Positions 23,125 through 32,956 of a stretch of DNA of 64,000 nucleotides are shown one piece after another. Where the stretch lies: NCBI GenBank assembly GCA_963708025.1, contig CAVPSB010000018.1, positions 160,001 to 224,000 on the forward strand, read 5' to 3'. Each line of letters begins with the position of its first letter. The first letter of the stretch is position 1. The notes below the pieces were generated by a model. It did not search any database, was not told where the DNA came from, and saw nothing but the letters and a program-made list of their open reading frames with translations. The position numbers and the translations under genes were made by a program. Origin of the DNA: an uncultured Candidatus Rokubacteria bacterium. GTDB taxonomy: Bacteria > Methylomirabilota > Methylomirabilia > Rokubacteriales > DASRDR01.

Positions 23125-24340
23125 ACGCCGGGTCGAGCGGGGGGAGCGGGGCGCCGAAGAAGAGTCGCCGCTGGAGGCGGGGCGCCAGCGGCGAGCGGAG
23201 CGCGAGCGGCAGCACCCACGGCAGGAGCGCGCGCACGAGCCGGCTCCCCCGGGCCTGGGCGAGGAGCAGCGCCTGGGCCCGGAGCTGGAGCTGGTGGAGC
23301 GTCCGCACGTCCCCCTCCCGCTGCGCCTGGACTCGGGCCAGGTCCGTCGCCCGGATCGGCCCGCGGCCGAGCCGCTGGTAGATCTCCTGGGCGGCCACCG
23401 CCGCCGTCGCCAGCGCCACGTTGACGCCGATCGCCCCGGCCGGGCTCATCGTGTGGGCGGCGTCCCCGATCAGCAGCAGACCGTCCCGAGCCCACTCCTT
23501 CACCAGCCGGATCAGCCCCTCCAGCGGGAAGAACGGGGTGAAGTCGCGCAGGCCGTCGGCGAAGCCGCCGAACACCGGGTCGAGGCGGCGGATGCGCGCG
23601 GCCACCGTGGCGACGCCCGTCTCGCGCCACCGCCGCCACTCGCCCTTCGGGAGGAAGATCCCCGCCTGGATGTGGCGCGGGTACTTCGGCAGCATCAGGC
23701 CCTGGACGTCCCGGCCCAGCGAGATGTAGATGGTGCTCGGCCAGTCGGCCGGCTGGTCGACGACGAACCAGATGATCTCGAAGTCGAGGTGCTCGTACTC
23801 GACGGCGAAGGCCCCCAGCCGGCGGAGCTGCGAGTACCGACCGTCGGCACCCACCACCAGGTCGGCCCGGACCTCGAACGGCTCCTTGCCGTGGCGCACG
23901 CCGCGTACGCCGACCACCACGCCGCCCTCCTCGACCAGCCCGGTGACCTTCGCGCCCATCCAGCACTGGAAGCTCGGGAACGGCTCGGCCTTGCGGAGGA
24001 GCGCCTCGAGGAAGATCGGCTGGGGCATCCAGATCGCGTAGGGGTATTCCGGGGCGATCCGGCTGAACCGGAACTCCCCCGCCGGCCGGCCGTTGACCCG
24101 GACGAGCCCGGAGGTCAGCGTGGAGTGCGGCTGAGCGCGCACGTACTCGAGGAGGCCCAGCTCGTCCAGGAGATGGGCCGTGCTCGGCTGGAGGACCTCG
24201 CCCCGGAACTCGCGGTCGAAGTTCTCGTGCCCCTCGAGCACGACGACCGGGGCACCGCGCTTGGCCAGCAAGAGCCCGAGCAGCAGGCCGGCCGGCCCCC
24301 CGCCGACGATGCAGACACCGGTCTTGATCGGGGCCATCAT
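23108..24340 (-). CDS. FAD-dependent oxidoreductase/monooxygenase
   Basis: VGGGPAG, GADGRYS, IGDAAHTMSPAGAIGVN. Confidence 0.9.
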   Translation of the reverse strand: MMAPIKTGVCIVGGGPAGLLLGLLLAKRGAPVVVLEGHENFDREFRGEVLQPSTAHLLDELGLLEYVRAQPHSTLTSGLVRVNGRPAGEFRFSRIAPEYPYAIWMPQPIFLEALLRKAEPFPSFQCWMGAKVTGLVEEGGVVVGVRGVRHGKEPFEVRADLVVGADGRYSQLRRLGAFAVEYEHLDFEIIWFVVDQPADWPSTIYISLGRDVQGLMLPKYPRHIQAGIFLPKGEWRRWRETGVATVAARIRRLDPVFGGFADGLRDFTPFFPLEGLIRLVKEWARDGLLLIGDAAHTMSPAGAIGVNVALATAAVAAQEIYQRLGRGPIRATDLARVQAQREGDVRTLHQLQLRAQALLLAQARGSRLVRALLPWVLPLALRSPLAPRLQRRLFFGAPLPPLDPAFTFRA

Positions 24341-24490
24341 TTCGGGATCTCCCGCCTACCCCCCAACCCCCCTCCCGTCCGACGGGATCGTCGGGACGGC
24401 TTGGGCCTGCGGCCCTCGCGACGTCGACGGCCTTCGGTCGGCACGGGGGGGAGGGGGGGCCGGACGATTCCGTTCCTTCTCATGCCATCA
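24340..24490. repeat. Scaffold B, diverged copy
   Basis: TTCGGGATCTCCCGCC left end, GGGGGGGAGGGGGG, TTCCTTCTCATGCCATCA right end; degenerate modules at 24403-24415 and 24426-24440. Confidence 0.75.
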
Positions 24491-25438
24491 GGGCTCGGGC
24501 AGCGTGCCGATCCAGCGGGCGTGGGCGCGGAGGCCGGCCGAGGCGGCGCGGGCGGTGTCGCTCCGGAAGGCGGCCAGCTTCTCCCGCTTCGCCGCGGTCG
24601 CCTCGGGGATCGCCTCCTGGACCGCCCCGAGGTGCGTCTCGTAGTCGGCGCCCACCGGGCAGACGTCGTAGCAGCGCGTGCAGCCGGTGTAGACCCCGAC
24701 CCCGCGCAGCATGCTCTGCCAGATCATGAAGGTGTCCATGCTCTTGATCGGCTCCATCCGCTGGGCCGGCGGTGTTGCCAGGATGCGCTCGACGTGGCGC
24801 TCGACGAAGTGATAGCCGTACGGCGCGGAGTGCGGCGCGCAGCGCTCGAGCGAGAGCGTGAAGTGGCCGATGGCGTCCCCGGGGCAGGCGAGCAGACAGC
24901 GCCCGCACGCCTCGCCGAGACACAGCGCCGCCTCGCGTGGCCGGCCGGGCGCCAGCTCCGCCTGGGTGACCACCGCGCCCAGGATGACGCGCGGCCCGTA
25001 CTCGGGCGTCAGGAGCTGGAGGTCGAGCCCGAGGGTGCCGAGACCCGCCTCGACGGCCAGGTGGGGCAGCGAGAGCGTCTTGCCCGCGACCTCGACCTGG
25101 TGCGAGCGCGAGTAGGCCGACGGCGTGATGAGGGACGGGAAGCCGTGGTCCTCGAGGAAGCGGCCGACCTCGTAGGTGAGGTCCTCGACCTTGGTGAGCG
25201 CCAGCTCGCCGGCGTAGTGGACGTTCCGGTTGGCCGAGTCGGGCTCGCGCGACATCCCCCAGAGGAGCCGCCGGGCGACGACGACGACGCTGCGCGCCCC
25301 GCGCAGGATGTCCTCCGGGCCCTGGGGACAGCCGGGGACCGGGTACTCGGCCAGGACCCGCGCCGAGGCGATCCCGACGAGATCGGCGCCCAGCTCCCGC
25401 GCGCGGCGCTCGACGTCAGCCGCCTGGAGCGTTGACAA
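24488..25438 (-). CDS. QueG/reductive-dehalogenase-like Fe-S protein, paralogue 2
   Basis: GADLVGIA, HLAVEAGLGTLG..TPEYGPRV, CLGEACGRCLLACP, CTRCYDVCPVG. Confidence 0.8.
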   Translation of the reverse strand: MSTLQAADVERRARELGADLVGIASARVLAEYPVPGCPQGPEDILRGARSVVVVARRLLWGMSREPDSANRNVHYAGELALTKVEDLTYEVGRFLEDHGFPSLITPSAYSRSHQVEVAGKTLSLPHLAVEAGLGTLGLDLQLLTPEYGPRVILGAVVTQAELAPGRPREAALCLGEACGRCLLACPGDAIGHFTLSLERCAPHSAPYGYHFVERHVERILATPPAQRMEPIKSMDTFMIWQSMLRGVGVYTGCTRCYDVCPVGADYETHLGAVQEAIPEATAAKREKLAAFRSDTARAASAGLRAHARWIGTLPEP

Positions 25439-26441
25439 CCGGCAGCCTCTTCAGTCCCTTGTAGCCGTCCTCGCCGAGCCAGCGCCGGGCGATGGGCGTG
25501 GCGTAGTGGGCCCGCCCGCCGGCCTTGACCGCCTCCCGCATGTCCTGGAGCTTCTCCGTCCGCTCGGCGTCCTTCTCCGGGATCGCCCGGTGCTCGCGGG
25601 CCAGGTACGGCTGGTAGTCGCCGCCGACCGGGCAGACCTCGAGGCAGCGCGGGCAGGCCGCGTAGGAGTTCGACAGCCGGACCAGCGCCGCCCACTTCTT
25701 CCGCATGGCGGGTCCCTGGACGACGCGCCGGACGTCGGCGTCGCTCCCGGCCCGCGCCAGCTCCCGGAGGGGCCCGTAGATGATGCTGGAGACCCCGTCC
25801 GGCTGGGCGGCCAGCGCGCACTTCCGCTTGTCCAGCCCCCAGTGGAGCACGGCGTTCGGCGGGCACGCCAGCAGACAGCGGCCGCACGGCTCGCCGATGC
25901 AGAGCTGGTCGGTGAGGCGGGCGTCGGGCGCCAGCTCCGCGTCGGTCAGCACCGCCCCCTGGTAAACGCGGGGACCGAACTCGGGGGTGAGGAGATTGAC
26001 CTCTAGCCCGAGCGTGCCCATGCCGGCCTCGACCCCGACGTGGCGGAGCGAGAGCCAGCCGTAGCTCCCGCGCTTGAGCGCGGGGTCGGTCTCCTCGGTG
26101 GCGACCTGGAAGGCGTGAGCGCCCTGTTCTTCCAGCCAGTACGACAGCTCGAGCGAGACCCTTTCAGTCTTCCGGAGGAGGAGCTGCGCCGCCAGCGAGA
26201 GGCAGGTCGCGTTCTCGGTGAGGAACATCCCCCACGGCATCCGGATCGCGGTGATGATGCAGCTCGTCATCCGCGCCGAGATGCGGGACGGGATCTGGGG
26301 CCAGGCCGGGTCCGGCGGCTGGGTCTCCAGCGTGGCGCAGGCGACCACGTTGACGAGGTCCGCCCCCAGCGCCCGGGCCTTCGCCTTGACGGCGGCGGTG
26401 GTGAGCGGCGTCGCCGCCGTCCCGCGGGATGACTGGCTCAC
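25416..26441 (-). CDS. QueG/reductive-dehalogenase-like Fe-S protein, paralogue 1
   Basis: SLRHVGVEAGMGTLG..TPEFGPRV, CIGEPCGRCLLACP, CPRCLEVCPVG. Confidence 0.8.
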   Translation of the reverse strand: MSQSSRGTAATPLTTAAVKAKARALGADLVNVVACATLETQPPDPAWPQIPSRISARMTSCIITAIRMPWGMFLTENATCLSLAAQLLLRKTERVSLELSYWLEEQGAHAFQVATEETDPALKRGSYGWLSLRHVGVEAGMGTLGLEVNLLTPEFGPRVYQGAVLTDAELAPDARLTDQLCIGEPCGRCLLACPPNAVLHWGLDKRKCALAAQPDGVSSIIYGPLRELARAGSDADVRRVVQGPAMRKKWAALVRLSNSYAACPRCLEVCPVGGDYQPYLAREHRAIPEKDAERTEKLQDMREAVKAGGRAHYATPIARRWLGEDGYKGLKRLPVVNAPGG

Positions 26442-26481
26442 CCGGCCGCCGCCGCCTTCGGCCGCGGGCCGACGGCCCGGC

Positions 26482-27456
26482 TCACTGGATCACCTCGTCC
26501 GCCCGCTGGAGCACGGACTGGGGGATTGTGAGGCCGAGGGCTTTCGCAGCCCGGAGGTTGAGGACCAGCTCGAACTTGGTGGGCTGCTCGACGGGCAGGT
26601 CGGCCGGCTTCGTGCCCTTGAGGATCCTGTCCACGAAGACGGCGGCTCGTCGCCAGATTTCCGGGAAGTTCACGGCGTAGGCCATCAGACCACCTGCCTC
26701 GGCGTATTCCTTGAAGCCGATCGTCGGTAGTCGGTTCTTGGCGGCGAGATCCGCGACCCGTCGCGCATTCGCGATCAGCATCGCGTCGTCGAGCACCACG
26801 ACCCCGTCGACCCCCCTCTTGACCATCGCCGAGAAGGCCCCGGGAAAGTCCTCGGGTCCGCGGACCTCCACCACCTGAAGGTCCATCTTCAGGGACTGAG
26901 CGATCAGCTCCATTGCTCTGATCGCGCCCGGAATCGCGGGGTTGTCTGGATTCCCGAAGGCTGCCATCCGGCGGGCCCGTGGCACGACTTCCTTGAGGAG
27001 CTCCACCCGCTTCGCGTTGAGCTCGGGGAAGAAGAAGTTGGATCCCGTGAGGTTCCCGCCCGGGCGCGCGATGCTCGCGATCAGCCCGGTCGCCACGGCG
27101 TCTCCGCTGATCGCCATGACGATGGGGATCGTCGTGGTCGCTTGCTTGGCCGCCCGGCTCCCGGCCGTCCCGTGCGTGACGATCAGGTCGACCTTCAGCC
27201 GGACCAGCTCCGCCGCGAGGGCGGGAAGCCGGTCGTAATGGTCATCGGCCCAGCGGTACTCGATGGCGACGTTTCTGCCCTCCACGTAGCCGAGGTCGCG
27301 GAGCCCCTCCCGGAACGCCTCGACGAGGTGGGCGTAGTAGCCGGAAGGGGAGGCGGCGCCAAGGAAGCCGATGCGGTACATCTTCCCCGTCGGCTGGGCC
27401 TCGGCCGCGAGCGGTGTGGCGAGGAGCGCCAGAGCGAGCAGGGCAAACCGCTTCAT
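26482..27456 (-). CDS. ABC transporter substrate-binding protein (ABC_sub_bind type), orphan
   Basis: LGYVEGRN, ARPGGNLTG, KPADLPVEQPTKFELVLN, ADEVIQ. Confidence 0.92.
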   Translation of the reverse strand: MKRFALLALALLATPLAAEAQPTGKMYRIGFLGAASPSGYYAHLVEAFREGLRDLGYVEGRNVAIEYRWADDHYDRLPALAAELVRLKVDLIVTHGTAGSRAAKQATTTIPIVMAISGDAVATGLIASIARPGGNLTGSNFFFPELNAKRVELLKEVVPRARRMAAFGNPDNPAIPGAIRAMELIAQSLKMDLQVVEVRGPEDFPGAFSAMVKRGVDGVVVLDDAMLIANARRVADLAAKNRLPTIGFKEYAEAGGLMAYAVNFPEIWRRAAVFVDRILKGTKPADLPVEQPTKFELVLNLRAAKALGLTIPQSVLQRADEVIQ

Positions 27457-27528
27457 GGCGGGAACCTCCGATGGCCGGGATGCTACGCCGAGTCCGGGGA
27501 GCAGGTCAACATCGCAGCGCGCGATGGT

Positions 27529-28767
27529 CTAGCCGGACGGGTGGGCGACCGGCCCGAAGCGCTCGCGGAACGCGGCTTCGCTCAGCCGGGCTTCCTGGGC
27601 GAGCGCGCGGAGCTGGACAGGGTCGGCCAGATCCTCGGGCTTGAGCCGGATCATGTAGGCGGAGAGCGTCTGGTACATCTCCGAGCTGACGTCGACCATG
27701 CGGACCCGGATGCGGCCCGTCGCCGGATCGAGCATGTCGGCGAAGGCCACCGGGATGAGCTTGCCGCCCTGGATCGTGACCATCGCGCCCCGTCCCCCCT
27801 CCAGCAGGTGGCGGGTCGCCCAGTAGCCGAGACTCCGGCAGTACTGGATGTCGTAGCCGCCGGGGGGAGCGCAGCGCAGCTCGTAGCCCAGGTCCTTGGC
27901 CACGATGGTCGTCCCGAGCCCGCGCGCCGCCAGGGAGGCCGTGACCCGCTCCTTGAGCAGCCGCCCGAGGTCCAGCTCCGACAGCCGGATGTTGCCGTAG
28001 CCGTCGCGCTCCACGGCGCCCAGCGTGGCGGGATCGAGCCCGTCGGCGATCCCCTCGGAGAGCAGCGCGACCCCGTGGTCGCGGCCCTGGGTCCGGCGCT
28101 TGACGATGGCGCCCTCCAGGATGTCGGCGACCCGGTCGAGCGAGACCGGGGTCTCGGCGAACTCCTCCCGGATCACGGTGACGGTGGCGCCGGCGGAGCC
28201 GCCGATGCCGAGGGCCAGGTGGCCGGCCCGGCGGCCCATCACGGTGACGAAGAACCACCGCTCGGTCGTGGCCGCGTCCTCCATCAGGTTGCGGACGAGG
28301 TCCTTGCCGAGGTTGCAGGCGGTCGCGAACCCGAAGGTGATGACCTCCGGCGGCAGCGGCAGGTCGTTGTCGATCGTCTTCGGGACGTGGGCGACGCCGA
28401 CCTCGGCGCCGAGCGCGGCGGAGAGCCGGGAGGCGGCGAACGCAGTGTCGTCACCTCCGATGGTGAGGAGATAGGCGACGCCGAGCTGGCGGAGCGCGGT
28501 GACGACGTTGACCAGCGTCTGGTCCGACTTGGCGGGGTTCTCGCGCGAGGTGCGGAGGATCGAGCCGCCCTCGAAGTGAATGCGGGAGACGTCGGCGATC
28601 TCCAGCTCGCGGACGTGGGTCGTCTCGCCGCGGCTCAGCCACTTGAAGCCGTCGTAGATCCCGAGCACCCGGAGGCCGTGGTTGCGGGCCTCGATGGTGG
28701 CGGCGGCGATCACGCCGTTGATGCCGGGGGCGGGACCCCCACCGACCAGGATGGCCAGCGTCTTCAT
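27529..28767 (-). CDS. pfp: Diphosphate--fructose-6-phosphate 1-phosphotransferase (PPi-PFK)
   Basis: GGGPAPGIN, GGDDT (the second Asp is typical of PPi-dependent enzymes), PKTIDND, MGR, GYELRC. Confidence 0.88.
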   Translation of the reverse strand: MKTLAILVGGGPAPGINGVIAAATIEARNHGLRVLGIYDGFKWLSRGETTHVRELEIADVSRIHFEGGSILRTSRENPAKSDQTLVNVVTALRQLGVAYLLTIGGDDTAFAASRLSAALGAEVGVAHVPKTIDNDLPLPPEVITFGFATACNLGKDLVRNLMEDAATTERWFFVTVMGRRAGHLALGIGGSAGATVTVIREEFAETPVSLDRVADILEGAIVKRRTQGRDHGVALLSEGIADGLDPATLGAVERDGYGNIRLSELDLGRLLKERVTASLAARGLGTTIVAKDLGYELRCAPPGGYDIQYCRSLGYWATRHLLEGGRGAMVTIQGGKLIPVAFADMLDPATGRIRVRMVDVSSEMYQTLSAYMIRLKPEDLADPVQLRALAQEARLSEAAFRERFGPVAHPSG

Positions 28768-28918
28768 CCGGACCTCCCACACCATGGTACCGGTAGCGGG
28801 ACGAGAAGGCGAACGGAACGCGAGCCCCGGCCGGGAGGCCGAGGGGGCGAGGCTCCGTCCGGGGCCGCCTCATGACGAGTTGTAAATTCCCGGGACCCAT
28901 ACTAGGGTCCTATGGCGG

Positions 28919-29698
28919 ATGATGTTCGCATCGCCCGGGCCGATCGCCCTTTCCCTTGGGCCGTTCCACATCCGCTGGTATGGCCTGTTGCTGGGAACGG
29001 CCGCGCTCCTCGGATTCGCCCTCGCCCAGCGCGAAGCCGTGCGACGGGGCGAGCCGCTCGAGCCGTTCCTCACGGCCTGCTCGGTCACGCTGGCCGGGGC
29101 GATCGTCGGGGCGCGCCTCTATCACGTCGCCTTCCACCTCGACTACTTCAGTCGCTTTCCGCTGAAGGTGCTCGCCCTATGGGAAGGCGGCGCGGGGATC
29201 TTCGGCGGGGTCCTGGGCGGCCCCCTGGCGGCGGCGGTCTACACCTGGCGGCACCGCCTCCCCCTGGGACGGTATCTCGACATCATGGTGCCGTACCTCG
29301 CGCTGGGCCAGGCCATCGGCCGGTGGGGGAACTTCTTCAACGAGGAGGCGTTCGGGCCCCCGACGGACCTTCCCTGGGGGCTGTACATCTCGCCTGGCCG
29401 TCGCCCGGACGGCTTCACCAGCGTCGAGTCTTTTCATCCGACCTTCCTCTACGAGTCCCTGTGGAACCTGGCGGTGTTCGCGATCCTGTTCTTCGTCCTG
29501 CGCAAGCGGCTGGCCGCCCGACCCGGCACGCTCTTCTGCGCGTACCTCGCCCTCTACGCCGTCGGGCGGTTCGCGCTGGAGACGCTCCGGCTCGACAGCG
29601 AGCCGCTGGGGCCGTTCCGATCGGCCCAGGTCGTCGCCGCCGGCTGCCTGCTCGTCGCCGCGGTGGCGATCCCGTGGCTCTGGTCCCGGCGGCGATGA
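28919..29698 (+). CDS. lgt: Prolipoprotein diacylglyceryl transferase
   Basis: IRWYG, GARLYHV, GQAIGRWGNFFNEEAFG, HPTFLYE. Confidence 0.95.
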   Translation: MMFASPGPIALSLGPFHIRWYGLLLGTAALLGFALAQREAVRRGEPLEPFLTACSVTLAGAIVGARLYHVAFHLDYFSRFPLKVLALWEGGAGIFGGVLGGPLAAAVYTWRHRLPLGRYLDIMVPYLALGQAIGRWGNFFNEEAFGPPTDLPWGLYISPGRRPDGFTSVESFHPTFLYESLWNLAVFAILFFVLRKRLAARPGTLFCAYLALYAVGRFALETLRLDSEPLGPFRSAQVVAAGCLLVAAVAIPWLWSRRR

Positions 29699-31344
29699 GA
29701 GCGTGTGAAGGAATCGGGTCCTCCGACTCCCCCCTCCCCCCGGTGGGTGGGGGAGGGGGGCTGGGGGGGTGGGCGGGAGGTCCCGAACAGATACGCCGAA
29801 CGCTCCGCCAGCTCGCGCTGGCGTCGGGCGCCGGCGTCCTCTGCTTCCTCGGGTACGTCGGCTTCGGCATCGTTCCCCTGATCTTCGTCTGCCTGGTCCC
29901 GCTCTTCTTCGCGGTCGCCGACGCGACGCCGGGCCGGGCCTTCGGGCTCGGAGCCGTCTTCGGGCTGGTCGGGAACCTGGGCGCCCTGTACTGGATCGTC
30001 CATCTCCTCACGGTGTTCGCGGACCTGAGCCTCCCGCTGGCCCTGCTCGCCTGCGGGCTCCTCTGCCTCTACTGCGGGCTCGTCTTCGGCATCGCGATGT
30101 GGATCGTGCGGCGGCTCGCGCTCGACGGGGGCGTCGCCCCGGCCTTCGGGCTCGCGCTGGCGTTGCCGGCCATCGAGCTCGCGTATCCGCTCATCTTCCC
30201 CTACTTCCTCGGGAACGCCCTGTACTCGATCCCCGTGCTCACCCAGGTCGTGGAGGTGACGGGTGTCCCCGGGCTCACGGCGCTCGTCGCCGTCGTGAAC
30301 GGCGCCTGCTACGAGCTGGCCGAGGCCGGCCTCTGGCGCCGTCGGGTCGCCCGGGGCCCGGTGGCGGTGGCCCTGGCGGCGGTCGTCGCCTGCGCGGGCT
30401 TCGGGCTCGCGCGCATCCCGGCCGTCGACCGTGTCGCGGAGGGGGCGAGGAAGATCCGGGTGGCCGTCGTGCAGACGAACATCGGCGCCCGCGAGAAGGC
30501 CGACCGGGCCGTCGAGTTCGTCCGGCGGCATCAGCTCATGTCGAGGGAGGCCGAGGCCGAGCACGGGCCCTTCGACCTCATCGTCTGGCCGGAGTCGGCG
30601 TTCAACGCCCTCGTGCCGCGCGCCGTCCGGAACGTCCGGGCCCTCACCGAGGGGATCCAGGCCCCCGTCGTCCTCGGCACCCTGGTGACCGATCGCGGGC
30701 CCGGCGGCGAGCAGCGCGTGTACAACAGCGTCCTGCTCACGTCGGCCACCGGCGGCGTGCTCGGGATCTTCGACAAGGTCGAGCTGCTCGTGTTCGGCGA
30801 GACGCTGCCCTTCGTCGACACCTTCCCGTCGATCAAGGACTGGTTCCCGCGCAGCTCGACGTTCGACCGCGGGACCACATTCCGGCACCTGCGCATGGAG
30901 GACGGCACCGCCCTGCTGCCGATGATCTGCTACGAGGACATCATCCCCGCCTTCGTCCGCCGCATGTGGAGGGCGGACGGCCCCGCCGACGTGCTGGTCA
31001 ACGTGACCAACGACTCGTGGTACGGCGACACGCGGGAGCCGCGGATCCACCTCGCGCTCGCGTCGTTCCGGAGCATCGAGACCCGCCGGGCGATGATCCG
31101 CTCGACCAACACCGGGATCAGCGCCATCGTCGATCCGGTGGGGCGCATCGTGAAGCGGACCGGGCAGTGGACGCGGGAGACCCTGGTCGCGGAGGTGCCG
31201 GTCATCCGGGACGGCTCCAGCAGCCCGTACATGACCCTCGGGGACGCGTACGGCTGGCTGTCGGGTCTCGCCGCGCTCGGGCTCCTGGCCCGGGGCCGCG
31301 CGCGCCGCCGGGCCCTACCGTCTCCCCACCGGCCGAGCGAGTAG
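29695..31344 (+). CDS. lnt: Apolipoprotein N-acyltransferase
   Basis: QTNI, VWPES, FDKVELLVFGE, ICYE, NDSWYG, RSTNTGISA. Confidence 0.93.
   Translation: MRACEGIGSSDSPLPPVGGGGGLGGWAGGPEQIRRTLRQLALASGAGVLCFLGYVGFGIVPLIFVCLVPLFFAVADATPGRAFGLGAVFGLVGNLGALYWIVHLLTVFADLSLPLALLACGLLCLYCGLVFGIAMWIVRRLALDGGVAPAFGLALALPAIELAYPLIFPYFLGNALYSIPVLTQVVEVTGVPGLTALVAVVNGACYELAEAGLWRRRVARGPVAVALAAVVACAGFGLARIPAVDRVAEGARKIRVAVVQTNIGAREKADRAVEFVRRHQLMSREAEAEHGPFDLIVWPESAFNALVPRAVRNVRALTEGIQAPVVLGTLVTDRGPGGEQRVYNSVLLTSATGGVLGIFDKVELLVFGETLPFVDTFPSIKDWFPRSSTFDRGTTFRHLRMEDGTALLPMICYEDIIPAFVRRMWRADGPADVLVNVTNDSWYGDTREPRIHLALASFRSIETRRAMIRSTNTGISAIVDPVGRIVKRTGQWTRETLVAEVPVIRDGSSSPYMTLGDAYGWLSGLAALGLLARGRARRRALPSPHRPSE
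29696..29787. repeat. Scaffold B, module-free copy at the lgt/lnt junction
   Basis: Reverse complement aligns to 3400-3533 apart from the two module-containing insertions. Confidence 0.9.
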
Positions 31345-32844
31345 AGGGAGGGCGGGGGAGCCGACGACCTCGAGACCCATCCGGCCGTCCGGGCGGAGCC
31401 CGTAGTGGAGGGGCCCCTGGGGAACACGCTGCTCCACCTCCAGGGCTCCCGCATCCATGTGCTCCCAGATGACCTGGAAGGGCGCTTTCCCGGCCACCCA
31501 CTTCTCGACGAGGATGATGCCGTGGCCGGGGAGGACCGTGAACACCACCTGGCGGGGATCGTCCGGGCTCTGGAGCGCTTCGGAGCCCGCCAGCGCCCGG
31601 GTCACGCCGCGGGCCTGGGCCTCGGTGGCGCAGGAGACGGGGTAGTGCTGGTAGGCGGCGGGGAGCGGCGCGTACTCGACGCGCCGCGGGTCGTAGGCCG
31701 CGACGCCGCGATGGCCGTGGAGCTTCGACCGGGCGACGGGAACCCGGCCGCTGGTGCCCCCGGGCGGATCCAGCGCGATGGTGGGCAGGGCCTGGTCCAT
31801 CATCATCATCTCGACCGCCTCCGAGGATGGCGGGACATCGGCCCGGCCCTCCACGGAGCGCACCAGGGCGCCCTGCCCATCGGGCCGGACGCCGACGATG
31901 ACGGCCACCTCGTCCTCGCGAACGTTCCCCTTGTTGACGGGCCGCGCGCTCCCCGTCGCGGTCGCGACCAGCGCGCCCAGATCGGGATCCCAGGTGGCGA
32001 AGCATCCCTCGCTGTACTGGCGGGCGACCGCGTCGCTCACCGCCGGGATGCGCGTCAGGTCCGCGATGCGCACCATCTCCGTGAAGAAGCCGCGCTTCCC
32101 GAACTGCTGGCCGGCGGCGCACATGGCGTGCGGGCTGGCGAGCGCCTCCCACGTGGATCGCGCGATCGGCCGGCCTACGGTCTCGTGCTGGGTCACTTCG
32201 CGGGTGCTGAGCGCGGTGACGACCCGGAGCACGGCATCCCGGTAGAAGGCCTCTGCGTCGTCCGCCGCGGTGCAGGGGTGGGCCCCGACCAGATCGAAGT
32301 GGTACGCCGCCAGGGGACGATCGTCCCCAACGACGAGGATGATCCGGAGGCTCTTGAGCTGGGCTTGCAGGAGGCGCACCAGGGCCAGGATCGGCCCGCC
32401 CCGCCGCCCCTGCTCGCGGAGCACGCGATGGGCCCCGGACGCCAGCCCCGGGAAGGCGTAGTCCCGCGGGTCCGGGCGCGCCTTGGCCACCGCGCCCTCG
32501 AGCTGCGCCAGGACCGAGTCGAGGCGGGCCGGGCGGACGTGCACGAGCGTGAACACGGGGGGGATGCGGCTCAGGCGGAAGCGCCGCCGCCCGGAGAAGA
32601 GCAGGGCGCGGCGCCAGCTCAGGACCTCGCCGAACGGGGCCGTGGTCAGCAGGCCGTCGGTCCCCGCGTCGGGGGCCTCCTGGACGCGATGGCCCAGCCG
32701 CCGGAAGTGTCGCAGCAGGTTGTGCACGAAGCCGTCCAGGAGCGGCGTCGTCGGACCGGGCACGAACGCCAGGGTGGCGCTTCGCCACCAGGGGTGCGCG
32801 GACTCGACCGCCCCCATCTCGCCCGCTGACGATGTCATCGCCAA
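31315..32844 (-). CDS. Hypothetical protein with a C-terminal class II aldolase/adducin-like domain
   Basis: SEG..TATGS, PPSSEAVEM, KLHGHRG, LPGHGIILV (HxH plus distal His). Confidence 0.6.
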   Translation of the reverse strand: MAMTSSAGEMGAVESAHPWWRSATLAFVPGPTTPLLDGFVHNLLRHFRRLGHRVQEAPDAGTDGLLTTAPFGEVLSWRRALLFSGRRRFRLSRIPPVFTLVHVRPARLDSVLAQLEGAVAKARPDPRDYAFPGLASGAHRVLREQGRRGGPILALVRLLQAQLKSLRIILVVGDDRPLAAYHFDLVGAHPCTAADDAEAFYRDAVLRVVTALSTREVTQHETVGRPIARSTWEALASPHAMCAAGQQFGKRGFFTEMVRIADLTRIPAVSDAVARQYSEGCFATWDPDLGALVATATGSARPVNKGNVREDEVAVIVGVRPDGQGALVRSVEGRADVPPSSEAVEMMMMDQALPTIALDPPGGTSGRVPVARSKLHGHRGVAAYDPRRVEYAPLPAAYQHYPVSCATEAQARGVTRALAGSEALQSPDDPRQVVFTVLPGHGIILVEKWVAGKAPFQVIWEHMDAGALEVEQRVPQGPLHYGLRPDGRMGLEVVGSPALPLLARPVGRR

Positions 32845-32890
32845 CCGAGATCCCTGATGCCGAGCCGGCGCTGCGACCGTGGCTTCCTAT

Positions 32891-32938
32891 CCGCTCCCTC
32901 TCCCTCCCTCGGGAGGGAGAGGGCTGGGGTGAGGGTGG
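32891..32938. repeat. CCCTCTCCC/GGGAGAGGG REP-like palindrome
   Basis: CCGCTCCCTCTCCCTCCC-tc-GGGAGGGAGAGGG-CT-GGGGTGAGGGTG, same family as 21906. Confidence 0.85.
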
Positions 32939-32956
32939 GGCCGATGGACCTGGACT

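Noticed and set aside
28824-28867. GCCCCGG...CCGGGGC hairpin upstream of pfp as a riboswitch
   Set aside because: No recognisable aptamer consensus; such stems are common at this GC content.
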